64,000 bases of DNA from an uncultured Gemmatimonadaceae bacterium. Lineage in GTDB: Bacteria; Gemmatimonadota; Gemmatimonadetes; Gemmatimonadales; Gemmatimonadaceae. The notes beneath the pieces are model-generated. The model was not told where the DNA came from, searched no databases, and saw nothing but the letters and a program-made list of their open reading frames with translations. Shown here one piece after another: positions 1 to 13,757 of this stretch. A program made the translations under genes and the position numbers. Position 1 is the stretch's first letter. Every line of letters starts with the position of its first letter. The DNA is taken from the NCBI GenBank assembly GCA_963843845.1, contig CAWJMB010000002.1, forward strand, positions 1,472,001 through 1,536,000, written 5' to 3'.

Positions 1-744
1 TCGTGTCGGTGTTCGTCGCGCGGTGTCGTTCGCGACGTCGCGCGTGATCGCGATGGCAGGGCGGCGCGCACCGCCACGAGCGTCGCCGTCGGGATCGACG
101 TCGGCGACACGATGTCGAAGCGCACGTAGTAGCTCGGCACCGCGGCGCGGAGCGTGTCGACCGAGTCGGCGGTGAGGCGCACGGCGAGCGGGATCGCGTT
201 GCCGAACAGCGACGTGTCGCCCGGCGCGACCGGAAAGCGGGTCCCCACGTTCGACCGTCCCCGAGTCGTTGCACGGCACCGCGAGGACGTGCAGGCTGTC
301 GCCGTTCGTCGCCGCGCGCTCCAGCCGCGTCGGCCGCTTCACCACGGCGATCGTGTCGATGAACTGCAGCCGGTCGCCGAGCCGCGCGACGAGTCGGGCG
401 CGCGAGGCGAGGGGCGTCGTGGTGCCTGACGCCGTCACCGCGCCGGTCAGCGAATCGACCGTCACCGGCGCGCGCTGCTCGGCCGCCGTCGTGTCGCGCG
501 GGAGCGGGAGCGCCGTGAAGCGGAACGCGGCGTCGGGCACCGTGTCGCCGTCGGCGTCGAACGCGACGGCGCGCAGCCGCACCACGGCGCCCGTGGAGTC
601 GCGCAGCTGATCGCCGACGATCACCGACGGCGGTACCGGGGCGAGCCGGATCGCCGTGACGCCTCCCGGCCCGGCGGCGATCTCGACGCACGCCGCGACG
701 ACGCAGCGTCCCGCCGAGAACCGCGAGGCGCGCTGCGCGTTCAC
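1..744 (-). CDS. Hypothetical exported/lipoprotein-like protein (runs off window start, probably frameshifted)
   Basis: GTG overlaps the parA stop (GTGA). Minus frame reads ...VVAACVEIAAGPGGVTAIRLAPVPPSVIVGDQLRDSTG..., beta-rich with a Cys after a hydrophobic stretch. Confidence 0.45.
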   Translation of the reverse strand, partial: MNAQRASRFSAGRCVVAACVEIAAGPGGVTAIRLAPVPPSVIVGDQLRDSTGAVVRLRAVAFDADGDTVPDAAFRFTALPLPRDTTAAEQRAPVTVDSLTGAVTASGTTTPLASRARLVARLGDRLQFIDTIAVVKRPTRLERAATNGDSLHVLAVPCNDSGTVERGDPLSGRAGRHVAVRQRDPARRAPHRRLGRHAPRRGAELLRALRHRVADVDPDGDARGGARRPAIAITRDVANDTARRTPTR

Positions 745-1507
745 TTGAACCGCTCCGCGAGGAGCGTCGCGAGATTCACGTACGCCTGGCTCGCCGCGTC
801 ACCCGGGTCGCGGACCACGACCGGCTGGCCGGCGGCGAACGCGTCGGCGGCGGCGGCGCTGCGCGGAATGACGAGATCGAAGACCATGTTGTGCGGCAGA
901 TGGCGACGGACGTACTGCACCGTGCGCTCGGCGGCGGGATTGCCGGCCTCGAACATCGTCAGCAGGATCCCGTCGAGCGTCAGCTCGTCGTTCGTGCGGA
1001 CGACGTCCTGGATGCCGCGCAGGATCTGCGGCGTGGTCTGCAGCGCGAGCGGCTCCGCCTGCAGCGGCACGATGACGTGCTGGCTCGCCTCGAGCACGCG
1101 GCGCGTGATCGGCCCGAGTCCCGGCGGCGTGTCGACGATGACGATGTGCGCTCGCTCGCGCGCCATCGTCAGCAGCTCGTGCAGCACGGTGGTCTCGGCG
1201 ACGAGCTGCTGATAGAAGCCGTGATCCGCCTCGTCGCTCACCGTGCCGGCGAGGATCACCCGCAGCCAGGGCAGCGACGTCGGCAGGATCACGTCGCGCA
1301 GCGTGCGCGCGCCCGTGAGGTAGTCGGCGAAGCCACCGTCTCGTGCCCGCGGCGGAGCCCCGCGCCGTAGCGCACCGATCCCTGCGGGTCGACGTCGACG
1401 AGCAGCGTCTTGAGCCCGCGGCGCGCGAACGCCGCGGCGAGGTTCACCGCCGTCGTCGTCTTGCCGACGCCACCCTTCTGGCTGACGATCGCGAGAACGT
1501 GTCCCAC
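741..1507 (-). CDS. ParA/Soj family ATPase (frameshift near 1300-1340)
   Basis: Deviant Walker [17 protein letters not shown] and LVDVDPQG in one frame; [11 protein letters not shown] and C-terminal AYVNLA in ORF 741..1292. Confidence 0.9.
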
Positions 1508-1544
1508 GCGCTCCGCGCCGCTACCGCGTCCGCCGCGGCGCGCC

Positions 1545-2054
1545 TCACGCACGCGGACGCTCCGGCGGCCACCCGGCCGAGTCCTCGGCGTCGGCGGCGG
1601 CGTCGCGCAGCTGTGCGAGCGTGCTCGAGGCGTGCTCGACCCACCGCTGCGTGTCCGGCGACTGCGGCGTCGTGCGTCGAGGAACTGCTCGAGGTGGCGT
1701 GTCGCTTCCATGCGGTCGCCGCGCTTGAGCAGCAGGAACGCGAGGCCGTAGTGCGCGCCGGACAGCGACGGGTCGACGCTCGAGCGCGCGCCGATAGCAG
1801 CGGATCGCTTCCTCGTGCTGCCCGAGCTTGCTGTACGCGATCGCCATGTTCTGCAGGACGCGCTGGTCGTTCGGCTGGTCGCGCAGCGCGAGCCGGTACG
1901 ACGTGAGCGCCGCGTCGTAGTCTCCCTGCCGCTCGAGCGCCAGCGCTTCCGCCAGGTAGTCGACGGTGCGACCGCCCTTGCGGTCGGGGGCGCGCCGGTC
2001 GGGAGTCGGCTCGGGCTCATTCTTCCCGCCCGTGAGGCGGCTCCACCAGGACAT
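1545..2054 (-). CDS. Tetratricopeptide repeat protein (frameshifted)
   Basis: TPR pattern [25 protein letters not shown]...[23 protein letters not shown]; continues in another frame as [18 protein letters not shown]. Confidence 0.75.
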   Translation of the reverse strand: MSWWSRLTGGKNEPEPTPDRRAPDRKGGRTVDYLAEALALERQGDYDAALTSYRLALRDQPNDQRVLQNMAIAYSKLGQHEEAIRCYRRALERRPVAVRRALRPRVPAAQARRPHGSDTPPRAVPRRTTPQSPDTQRWVEHASSTLAQLRDAAADAEDSAGWPPERPRA

Positions 2055-2232
2055 GCGATCGAGTGCGCGAGAGAGGCAGGGGCCCGCGCCGCGGCGACGG
2101 CGTCGTCGCTGGCCGGGGCGCTCCCGAAGGGGTCCAAGCTATCCGCTGCCGGCGGGTGCTACAACCCGAACGGCGCCCGCATCGGGTTCCGCTCGGTGGT
2201 CGCGTGCGGCCCGCGTCACTACGTTCTCCCGC

Positions 2233-2754
2233 ATGTCGCCACGCCAACAGACCGTCGATCCCGCGAAGGGCATTTTCGTCGTCGAGTGGCCGCTGTTCGG
2301 CGAGCTGTCGCGCGCCCTGGCGCTGAAAGTCGCGCGCGCCTACGACCCTGAGATCGTCGTCGGCGTCGCGACGGCCGGGGTCGTCCCCGGCGCCGTCGTC
2401 GCGGCGATCCTCGACCGACCGTTCGTCGCCATCACCGTGAGTCGCCGCTATCGCGCCGAGACCGTGCGGCAGACGCCGGCCGTCATCGGGGCCGCGCCGG
2501 CCGAGGTCCGCGGTCGGCGCGCGCTCATCGTCGACGAGACCTGCGACTCGGGCGACACGATGCGGCTCGCCGTGAGCGCGCTCGTGAACGCTGGCGCCGC
2601 CGCGGTGCGCACCGCCGTGAGCTTCCGCACCGGGAGCTACGAGCCCGACTTCCACGCCCTCGCGACCGAGAGCACGATCGTGCTGCCCTGGGACCGCGAG
2701 GTGCTCGTGCGCGGCGAGCTCGTTCCGAACCCGACCTACGACGGGATGCTCTGA
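2233..2754 (+). CDS. Phosphoribosyltransferase family protein
   Basis: PRPP-binding motif LIVDETCDSGDTM; C-terminal IVLPWD. Confidence 0.85.
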   Translation: MSPRQQTVDPAKGIFVVEWPLFGELSRALALKVARAYDPEIVVGVATAGVVPGAVVAAILDRPFVAITVSRRYRAETVRQTPAVIGAAPAEVRGRRALIVDETCDSGDTMRLAVSALVNAGAAAVRTAVSFRTGSYEPDFHALATESTIVLPWDREVLVRGELVPNPTYDGML

Positions 2755-2793
2755 CCCGACCGGCGGACCCGAACGCCTGTGCGGGACGGCACC

Positions 2794-3318
2794 TCAGCCC
2801 GCGCCCATCTCCTCCCACAGGCGGTCGAGCACCCCCCGACTGCCGATCGCGAATTCGCACCCCGGCGCGCCCGCGCCGCGGCAGCCGAGCTCGAGCACCG
2901 CGAGCGGCTCGCGCGCCGCACGGCCGAAGAAGCCCGCCAGCATCCCCGTCGAGTAGTGGCACGACGCGAACGCCTCGCCGTGCACCCCGTCCGCCTCGAC
3001 CCAATCGCCGGACGTGAGACGGAGCACGGCGTCGTCCTGCCGCGCCCCGACCCGCGCCGTCCCCCACCCGCACGAGTCGAGGTACGCACCGAGCGCCGCG
3101 GCGAACGTCGGCAGCGCCAGCGCGTCGGGCTCCGTCCCGTGCTCCTCGCGCACCTCGGCGGCGAAGTCGGCGTAGAGTGCGACCCCGGCGACGTACCCCG
3201 CGTCGCGCAGCCGCGCCGCGCCGTCGGGGGTGCCGAGCAGCGCGTCACGCAGCGCATGGAGCGCCGCCGCCGGGATCGTCACCATGCGCGCGCTGAGCAC
3301 CCTGTTCGGTGCCGTCAT
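2794..3318 (-). CDS. V4R (4-vinyl reductase) domain protein
   Basis: GWG...E...SCHYSTGMLAGFF...ELGCRGAGAPGCEF pattern of V4R; start overlaps ligA stop (ATGA). Confidence 0.75.
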   Translation of the reverse strand: MTAPNRVLSARMVTIPAAALHALRDALLGTPDGAARLRDAGYVAGVALYADFAAEVREEHGTEPDALALPTFAAALGAYLDSCGWGTARVGARQDDAVLRLTSGDWVEADGVHGEAFASCHYSTGMLAGFFGRAAREPLAVLELGCRGAGAPGCEFAIGSRGVLDRLWEEMGAG

Positions 3319-5372
3319 GCGTCGCCGACGCGGCGCCGAAGCTCCGCCTCGTCGATGACCGTCACGCCGTACTCCTGCGCCTTCGCGAGCTTGCTCCCCG
3401 CGTCGGTGCCGGCGACCACGAAGCTCGTCTTGCGAGACACGCCGCTCGTCACGCGCCCGCCGTGTGCCTCGACGAGCGCCGACGCCTGCTCGCGCGACAG
3501 CGTCGGCAACGTGCCGGTGATGACGACCGTGAGACCCCGGAGCGCGGTGCCCGCGGCCGCCGTCGGCTCGTGCATCGTGAGGCCGAGCGCGGCGAGCCGC
3601 GTCACGAGATCGAGCGCGGCGGGGTCGCCGAACCACTTCACGACGGAGCGCGCGATCACCTCGCCGACTCCCCGCACGGCGAGCACGTCGTCCTCCGCCG
3701 CCCCGGCAAGCGCCCGCATCGTGCCGAAATGACGTGCGAGGAGCCGCGCGGCGATCTCACCGACATGGTCGATGCCTAACGCGAACAGCAGGCGCGCGAG
3801 CGGCTGCGCTTTCGAGTCGCCGATCGCCTGGACGAGCGACTCGGCGCTCTTGTCGGCGAAGCGATCGAGCGCGACGATCTGCGCGGCCGTGAGCGTGTAC
3901 AGGTCAGCCGGGTCGCGCACGAGGCCCGCGTTCACGAGCTGCTCCACGCGCGCGTACGAGAGGCCGCGGATGTCCATCGCGCTCCGCGACGCGTAGTGCA
4001 CGAGTCCCTCGAGCTGCCGCGCGCGGCAGGTGAAGTTCGGGCAGTAGAGCATGCCGCGATCGTCGCCCGCGACGAGCGTCGTTCCGCACGACGGACAGTG
4101 CGTCGGCGGCGCGTACGGCGCGGGCGGCGCTGTGGCATCGCGCCGTTCCGGTACGGGACCGATGACCTGTGGAATCACCTCCCCGGCCCGCTTCACCTGC
4201 ACCACGTCGCCGACGCGCAGATCCTTGTCGCGGATCAGCTCGAAGTTGTGCAGCGTCGCGAGCCGGACGACGGCGCCGCCGATCTCGACGGCCTCGAGCA
4301 CGGCGAACGGATTCACGCTCCCCGTGCGCCCGATGTTGACCTGGATGTCGAGCAGCGCCGTCTCCGCGATGTCCGGCGCGAACTTGCGCGCGATCGCCCA
4401 CCGCGGCTCGCGCCCGACGTCGCCCAGCTCCCGCTGCAGCGCCAGCGAATCCACCTTCACGACGGCGCCGTCGATCGCGAAGTCCAGGGCGGCGCGCTGC
4501 ACGCGCTCGACGTCCGTCGCCCACCGATGCACGTCGCCCAACGTGTCGCAGCGGCGGCGGTGCGGCGCCACCGGGATCCCCCACGCCGCGAGCGCGTCGA
4601 GCAACTCGGTCTGCGTCGCGAACGGCAACGCCGATCCGTCCGGCACCGCCACGGCATAACCGAAGAATCGGAGCGGCCGCCGCGCCGTCAGCTTCGGGTC
4701 GAGCTGCCGCAGCGCGCCCGCCGACGAGTTGCGCGGGTTCGCGAACACCGGCTCGCCCGCGGCGACGCGCTCTGCGTTCATCCGCTCGAAGCCGCTGTAC
4801 GTCATGTACACTTCGCCGCGGATCTCCACCGTGCCGTGCGGTACCGGGCGCGCGTCGCTCCGCAGGCGCAGGGGGATCTCGCGGATCGTGCGGAGGTTCG
4901 GCGTCACGTCCTCGCCGACCGTGCCGTTGCCGCGCGTCGCGCCCGCGACGAACACGCCGTCACGATACGTCAGACTGACCGCCGCGCCGTCGATCTTGAG
5001 CTCGGCGGAGTAGCCGGCGGCGCGCGCCTCGTTCCCCGCGAGACGAACGATGCGCTCCTCCCAGCCCGCCAGCTCGTCCTCGTTGAACGCGTTGCCCAAC
5101 GACAGCATCGGCACGAGGTGCGTATGCTTCGGAAGGCTCGACTGCGGCTCGGCACCGACGCGCAGCGTCGGCGAGTCGGCGGTGCGAAGCTGCGGGTGGT
5201 CGCGCTCGAGCGCCTGCAGCTCGCGGAAGCGCAGGTCGTATTCCCGGTCGGCGAGCGTCGGCCGGTCGAGCACGTAGTACTCGTACGACGCCTGCTCGAG
5301 CTCCTGACGCAGCGTCGCCGCACGGGCCGAGAGCTCCGCCAGGTCGTCGGCCGAGGAAGGGGTGGAAGGCAT
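3315..5372 (-). CDS. ligA: NAD-dependent DNA ligase
   Basis: ELKIDG adenylation motif, TRGNG, NPRN, zinc finger CPSC...C, HhH motifs, C-terminal BRCT (VVITGTL...GSKLAKA). Confidence 0.97.
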   Translation of the reverse strand: MPSTPSSADDLAELSARAATLRQELEQASYEYYVLDRPTLADREYDLRFRELQALERDHPQLRTADSPTLRVGAEPQSSLPKHTHLVPMLSLGNAFNEDELAGWEERIVRLAGNEARAAGYSAELKIDGAAVSLTYRDGVFVAGATRGNGTVGEDVTPNLRTIREIPLRLRSDARPVPHGTVEIRGEVYMTYSGFERMNAERVAAGEPVFANPRNSSAGALRQLDPKLTARRPLRFFGYAVAVPDGSALPFATQTELLDALAAWGIPVAPHRRRCDTLGDVHRWATDVERVQRAALDFAIDGAVVKVDSLALQRELGDVGREPRWAIARKFAPDIAETALLDIQVNIGRTGSVNPFAVLEAVEIGGAVVRLATLHNFELIRDKDLRVGDVVQVKRAGEVIPQVIGPVPERRDATAPPAPYAPPTHCPSCGTTLVAGDDRGMLYCPNFTCRARQLEGLVHYASRSAMDIRGLSYARVEQLVNAGLVRDPADLYTLTAAQIVALDRFADKSAESLVQAIGDSKAQPLARLLFALGIDHVGEIAARLLARHFGTMRALAGAAEDDVLAVRGVGEVIARSVVKWFGDPAALDLVTRLAALGLTMHEPTAAAGTALRGLTVVITGTLPTLSREQASALVEAHGGRVTSGVSRKTSFVVAGTDAGSKLAKAQEYGVTVIDEAELRRRVGDA

Positions 5373-5383
5373 GGCGGAAAATA

Positions 5384-6321
5384 CTACGCCTCGCCCGTGT
5401 CGCCCTCCACGCTTCCGTTGAACACCTCGACGCGGTTGCGCCCACCTCCCTTCGCCGCGTAGAGCGCGTCGTCCGCCGCTTTCACGAGCGACTCGAGGCC
5501 GCGGATCGCCGGATGCGGCCACGCCGCGACGCCCGCGCTGACCGTGCGCCGCAGCGTGCCGCCCGCATAGGTGAACTCGCGCGCCTCGACCGCTGCGCGC
5601 ACTCGCTCGGCGAACGCCGCCGCGTCCTCCATGTTCGCCGACGGCAGCAGCACGATGAACTCCTCGCCGCCGTAGCGGCCGACGCGATCGATCTCGCGGG
5701 CCGTCTCCCGGAGAATCTCGGCGACCTGCTTGAGCACGGCGTCACCCGCCTGATGCCCGTGGGTGTCGTTCACGCTCTTGAAGTGGTCGACGTCGCACAT
5801 CACGCAGCCTAACGGTTCGGCGAGCCGCGTCGCGTGCTCGTACATCTCGACGAGCCGCTCCTCGATGTGGCGCCGGTTGTCGAGCCCCGTGAGCCCGTCG
5901 GTCTGCGAGGCCTTCAGCAGCGCGTGATTCGCGTTCTCCAGCTCGGTCTGCAGCTCCTTGATGCGGAGCAGCGACTTCACCCGCGCCTCGAGCTCCTTGA
6001 AGTTCAGCGGCTTCGTGATGTAGTCGTCCGCGCCGGCGTCGAGCCCCTCGACCTTGTCCTCGGTGGTCTCGAGCGCCGTCTGCATGATGATCGGGATGAA
6101 CGGCAGCGACTCGTTCGACTTGATGCGGCGCGCCACCTCCATCCCGTCCATCCGCGGCATCATCACGTCGAGCAGGATGAGGTCGGGGGACTCGCGAAGA
6201 CTTTGTCGAGCGCCTCCTGCCCGTCCATCGCGGCCTCGACCTCGTAGCCGCGCGCCTCGAGCCGGGCGCGCAGCAACTCGATGTTGTCTTCGTGATCGTC
6301 TACGACGAGAATCCGGGTCAT
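5384..6321 (-). CDS. Response-regulator diguanylate cyclase (REC-GGDEF, PleD/WspR-like; frameshift near 6200)
   Basis: MTRILVVDDHEDN N-terminus, DVMMPRMDG, DGLTGL, I-site REID and active site RYGGEEF. Confidence 0.92.
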
Positions 6322-6345
6322 GCCGATGTCGTCACGGACACGCCC

Positions 6346-6744
6346 TCACGACGGCGCCGCGACGTTCCCTTTGCCCAGGAACCGCTGCACCTCGGCGACC
6401 ACGGCGCGCGGCTCGCACGGTTTCGCGAGATACCCGTCGCAGCCGACTTCCATCGCTTTCTCGCGGTCCGACGCGAGTGCGTGCGCCGTCAGCGCGATGA
6501 TCGGGATCGCACTGGTCGCCGGGTCGTGCTTCAGCACCTGCGTCGCCTCCCAGCCGTCGATGATCGGGATCGAGATGTCCATGAGGATCAGGTCCGGTTT
6601 CTCGGACCTCGCCTTCGCGATCCCTTCCTCGCCGTTCAACGCCTCGGTCACGCTGTACCCGAAGTGGCGGAGGATGGTGGAATAGACGATGCGGTTGTCC
6701 TCATTGTCTTCCACGAGAAGCACGGTCTTGCCGTTCTCGCTCAT
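6346..6744 (-). CDS. Single-domain response regulator, DivK-like
   Basis: VLLVEDNEDN...PDLILMDISIP...IIALTAHA...GCDGYLAKP. Confidence 0.9.
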   Translation of the reverse strand: MSENGKTVLLVEDNEDNRIVYSTILRHFGYSVTEALNGEEGIAKARSEKPDLILMDISIPIIDGWEATQVLKHDPATSAIPIIALTAHALASDREKAMEVGCDGYLAKPCEPRAVVAEVQRFLGKGNVAAPS

Positions 6745-6920
6745 GACGCTCCTCGGAGCCGGGCGGGATGGTGTGGTAGGATCGAGACGCCGTCGCACTG
6801 AAGCTGCGCGACGGCCTTCTCTGCGGAGTCGCAAGTTCCTTACCAGCGTCGTCCGTCGATCTGACGGACCGCGCCACCGTCACCAGCACCGACTTCCATC
6901 TGCGAACGAGGCACGTATCC

Positions 6921-7409
6921 ATGACTACCCCGTACGGACCGACGAGCGGCGCGGCACGCGCCGCCACCGAGCGCCCCGGTGCCCGCCCGAACGGCCGCTT
7001 CACGCTGCGCCGCGGCGCGTTCGGCTCGTCGCGTCACGGTCCTGATGCCACCGTCACACCGGGAGGCGAGGACGAGCACCCGTCGTCGATCGAGAGCGGC
7101 CACGTGGACGAGGACGGCACCGACTGGCGCGCGGTCGGCGTCTTCGGTGCGGGGCTCTTCCTCGGCGCGATGATCGGCGCGAGCACGGCGCTGCTCCTCG
7201 CCCCGGCGAGCGGCTTCGAGACCCGCACCCGGCTCGCCCTCGGCGCCCGCCGAGCCGGCGAGCGCGTCGCCGACGGATGGGACGACGCAGGGAGCCGCGT
7301 CCGGCGGAGCGCCGCGCGCAGCCGCCGGAAGCTCGAGCGCAAGCTGGTGATGGCGCGCTGGCGGGCCCGCGACGCGTGGGAGCGCAAGCGCTACGGCGCC
7401 GACGCGTGA
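6921..7409 (+). CDS. YtxH-like membrane protein
   Basis: FGAGLFLGAMIGASTALLLAPASGFETR matches the YtxH-type N-terminal motif. Confidence 0.65.
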   Translation: MTTPYGPTSGAARAATERPGARPNGRFTLRRGAFGSSRHGPDATVTPGGEDEHPSSIESGHVDEDGTDWRAVGVFGAGLFLGAMIGASTALLLAPASGFETRTRLALGARRAGERVADGWDDAGSRVRRSAARSRRKLERKLVMARWRARDAWERKRYGADA

Positions 7410-7455
7410 TCGTGCCGCGGTCGGCGTGCCGCGCGCTTCGCGGCCGACGGCGCGC

Positions 7456-8222
7456 TCAGCGCGCCTTCGGCCGCAGCGCCTCCGCCTGCCGCTTGAACTT
7501 CACGTCGGTCGCCTCGGCCGCCGGGATGCGCGCGATCGCGTCGAGCTGCTCGCGCGCCTTTCCCTTGTTACCGCGGTCGAGGTAGACCTCGGCGAGATCG
7601 ATCCGGTGCGCGATCCGCGTCGGCGCGATCGCCACCGCCTCCTCGAGGTTGCGCTGCGCGTCGTTCCAGCTCGCCTGGTCGAACACCTTGCCGCCGAGGA
7701 AATTCTTCGCGGCGAAGCGAGTGATCGCCGCTCAGCCGCATGACCTCGGCGTTCCACATCCCCATGATGTGCAGCGCACCGTCGTGCTTCGGGTTCAGCT
7801 TCAGCGCCTCGAGGGCGTGCGAGCGCACGTCGGCGGCGAACTTCACGCGGTCGCGCGATCCCATCGTCTGTGCGTTCCGGCCGAGCGCGCGCGCCAGCTC
7901 GAAGTGCCCCTCGGCGTCGTTCGCGTTCACCTGCACGGCGCGCTTCGCATAGTCCTCGGCGCGCTTGTAGAGCGCGCGGCCGGCCTGCACGTCCGGAGTG
8001 ACCTGTCCGGCCTCGACGGCCGCGCCAGCCGCCTTGTACAGCGCCGCGTAATTGCTCGGCTCCGCCACCAACGCCGCCTCGTAGTGGCGGAGCGCGCCGT
8101 TCGGATCCATCCGCTCCCTGTCTCCGATCGCGATGTGCTCGGCGGGGGACTGCGCGAAGGCGAGCGGCGCGACGAGCGAGAGGCGAGCGACAGGCAGAGC
8201 GGCGAGGCGCGACGGAGGTCAT
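7456..8222 (-). CDS. Exported TPR-like protein (frameshifted)
   Basis: Signal-like ...LVAPLAFAQ; helical repeats in ORFs 7568..8110 and 7456..7686. Confidence 0.65.
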
Positions 8223-8313
8223 CGGCAGGACTCCCGAGGAGAGCGAGGGGTATGGGCCGGTGCGACAGGACCGACTACCATCGGCGGTCACGCCCGTCTC
8301 ACCAGTCCGGTCA

Positions 8314-9655
<1,342 letters not shown>

Positions 9656-9727
9656 CGGCGGGCGGCGCCGACGTTGCATTCTGTTCCGGTCGGCGATCAC
9701 TACTCTCTCGCTCTCGAAACGTCTCTC

Positions 9728-10003
9728 ATGCCGTCTGCCCGTCTTTCCCCGAAGATCGCGCGGTTTTTCGGTCTCCAGATGCTGCTCGTCATCGGCGGGC
9801 TCGTCGTGCTGTGGGCCGTGCTGCTCTGGTTCACGCGCCCGAACGGACCCGGCACGACCGGCGGGATCGACGGCACGAACGTGACGATCACTTGGATCGC
9901 CTTCACCGCGATCTTCGCCGCGCTCGGCGCCATCCACGCCATCTTCGCGCGGCAGCTCTTCGGCGAGGCGAAGGGGACGCGGCGCGGGATCGCGAGCTGG
10001 TAG
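9728..10003 (+). CDS. Small membrane protein with two TM segments
   Basis: Two hydrophobic segments in ORF 9674..10003; GC3-rich codons. Confidence 0.6.
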   Translation: MPSARLSPKIARFFGLQMLLVIGGLVVLWAVLLWFTRPNGPGTTGGIDGTNVTITWIAFTAIFAALGAIHAIFARQLFGEAKGTRRGIASW

Positions 10004-10007
10004 CCGC

Positions 10008-10501
10008 GTGACGTCGAGCGGTGGCGCGTGGGTCACGGCGACGAACGGCGGCCCCGGGTACGCGACCGAGATCGCGGCGGGGGGCACCGCGTCGTCGTCG
10101 ATGAGCCGCTCGCCGTCGGCGGGAGCGACACGGGGCCGACGCCCTACGATCTGCTGCTCGCCTCGATCGGTGCGTGCACCGCGATCACGGTGCGGATGTA
10201 CGCGCGGCGCAAAGGGTGGCCACTCGAGAATGTCGTCGTGCGGCTCCGCACGGCGTCGAAGCACGCCGCGGATTGCGACGAGTGCGTCGACCACTCGGTC
10301 GGGCTCCATGGCCTCGAGCACGATGTCACGTTCGAGGGCGAGCTCACGGACGAACAGCGTACCCGGCTGCGCTACATCGCAGGGCGCTGCCCGGTGAAGC
10401 AGATCCTGCTGGCGAGCGTGGAGCTGCGCGACGCCCTCTCGCCGTCGTCGGTGCCGTCCACGCCGACCACGACAGAAACCGCGGGCGAGGTGGCCCCGTA
10501 A
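10008..10501 (+). CDS. OsmC family protein (frameshift in G-run near 10080)
   Basis: DEPLAVGGSDTGPTPYDLLLASIGACTAITVRMYARRKGW...RCPV. Confidence 0.88.
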
Positions 10502-10508
10502 GAGCGCC

Positions 10509-11183
10509 ATGCAGCCCGCCCCCTCCGACCGCGCCGCTTCCGCCACTCGCCCCCGACCTCGCGCCGTCGCGGGGCGCTCCCACCGGCGTCACGATCGCGG
10601 ACGTCCCGCTCCCGCTCGACGGGCTTCCGCGGACGGCGCAGGACGTTCAGGGGTTGCGCGTGCGGCGTGACATGCTGCGCGAACAGCTCTCTCGCGCGAA
10701 CAACCGCCGCGAGAGCATCGCGAACGAGCTGAATCGCACGGGGAACGACGACGTCCGTACCGGCGTCCGTCAGCGCCTCGAGCAGGTCGATGCGCGCATC
10801 CTGCAGATCGAACGCGAGCAGGCGCTCACCGAACGACTGCTGACGAACGCGCCGCCCGGGTACTCGCCGCGACCACGAGGCTCGACGAGTCGCATCGGGG
10901 CCCGACGGTCGACGAGGACGAGGCGGTCGGCGTGGCGTTCGCCGCGTTCGGCGTCGGCATCGTGCTCACGCTCGTCGTCGGCCGCCTGCGCGCGCGGTTC
11001 CGGCGGCGGCGCGGCGGGCTGCAGCGGCAGGGCGCGGTCGCCGCTGTCGACGATCCGCGCATCGAGCGGCTCACGCAGGCCGTCGACGCGATCGCCGTCG
11101 AGGTGGAGCGGATCGGGGAGGGGCAGCGCTTCGTGACGCGCCTGCTCGCCGAGCCGGGGGAGCGCGCCACGCTGCCTCGCTGA
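10509..11183 (+). CDS. Hypothetical coiled-coil membrane protein (frameshifted)
   Basis: Coiled-coil N-part ([12 protein letters not shown]...), TM segment and [25 protein letters not shown]. Confidence 0.6.
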
Positions 11184-11191
11184 ACGCGCGA

Positions 11192-11217
11192 CGGGGCGGC
11201 CCAGGAGGGCCGCCCCG
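11192..11217. terminator. GC-rich hairpin between convergent genes
   Basis: CGGGGCGGCCC-AGGA-GGGCCGCCCCG perfect 11-bp stem. Confidence 0.6.
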
Positions 11218-11230
11218 CGCGGAACCGATA

Positions 11231-11280
11231 CGACCTGACGCGACCCGCCGCGACCTGACGCGACCTGACGCGACCTGACG
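11231..11280. repeat. Tandem 10-bp repeat CGACCTGACG x5 (second copy degenerate)
   Basis: Read directly in the sequence just downstream of the gyrB stop. Confidence 0.9.
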
Positions 11281-11284
11281 CGGC

Positions 11285-13394
<2,110 letters not shown>

Positions 13395-13415
13395 TTAGGC
13401 CGCGAGTTCCGGTCG

Positions 13416-13718
13416 CTAGGGCTGCCGCCGGAGCACCAGCCGGAGCCGCGCGATCGGCGGCCGCTCGGGGGCGTTCAGCCGCTTCAACAGCTCGGGCTCG
13501 AGCAGCGACAGCTCGTTCATCCACGCGTGATTGGCGACGGCGACGAACAGCGTCCCGTCCGGCGCGACGGAGAGCGGTTCGGTGACCGCCGCGATCGGCG
13601 CTCCGACGAGCGACGCCCACTCCGGCACGACGGCGGCCTGGGCGATGCGGTCGGCGACGCCGGCGTTCGCGAGAACGCTCGCCAGGAGGTCGCCGAGCTT
13701 GGCGGGGCGGGAGGGCAT
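13416..13718 (-). CDS. DUF721 / DciA family protein
   Basis: W.SLVG..IA..T.P....GTLFVAV...AW..EL pattern; conserved position between recF and gyrB. Confidence 0.8.
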   Translation of the reverse strand: MPSRPAKLGDLLASVLANAGVADRIAQAAVVPEWASLVGAPIAAVTEPLSVAPDGTLFVAVANHAWMNELSLLEPELLKRLNAPERPPIARLRLVLRRQP

Positions 13719-13757
13719 GGGAGGATGAAGATAGCCGAGCCCGCCCGTCGCGCCGTG

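Noticed and set aside
11231..11280. Possible CRISPR array
   Set aside because: 10-bp units with no spacers and no cas genes; a simple tandem repeat.
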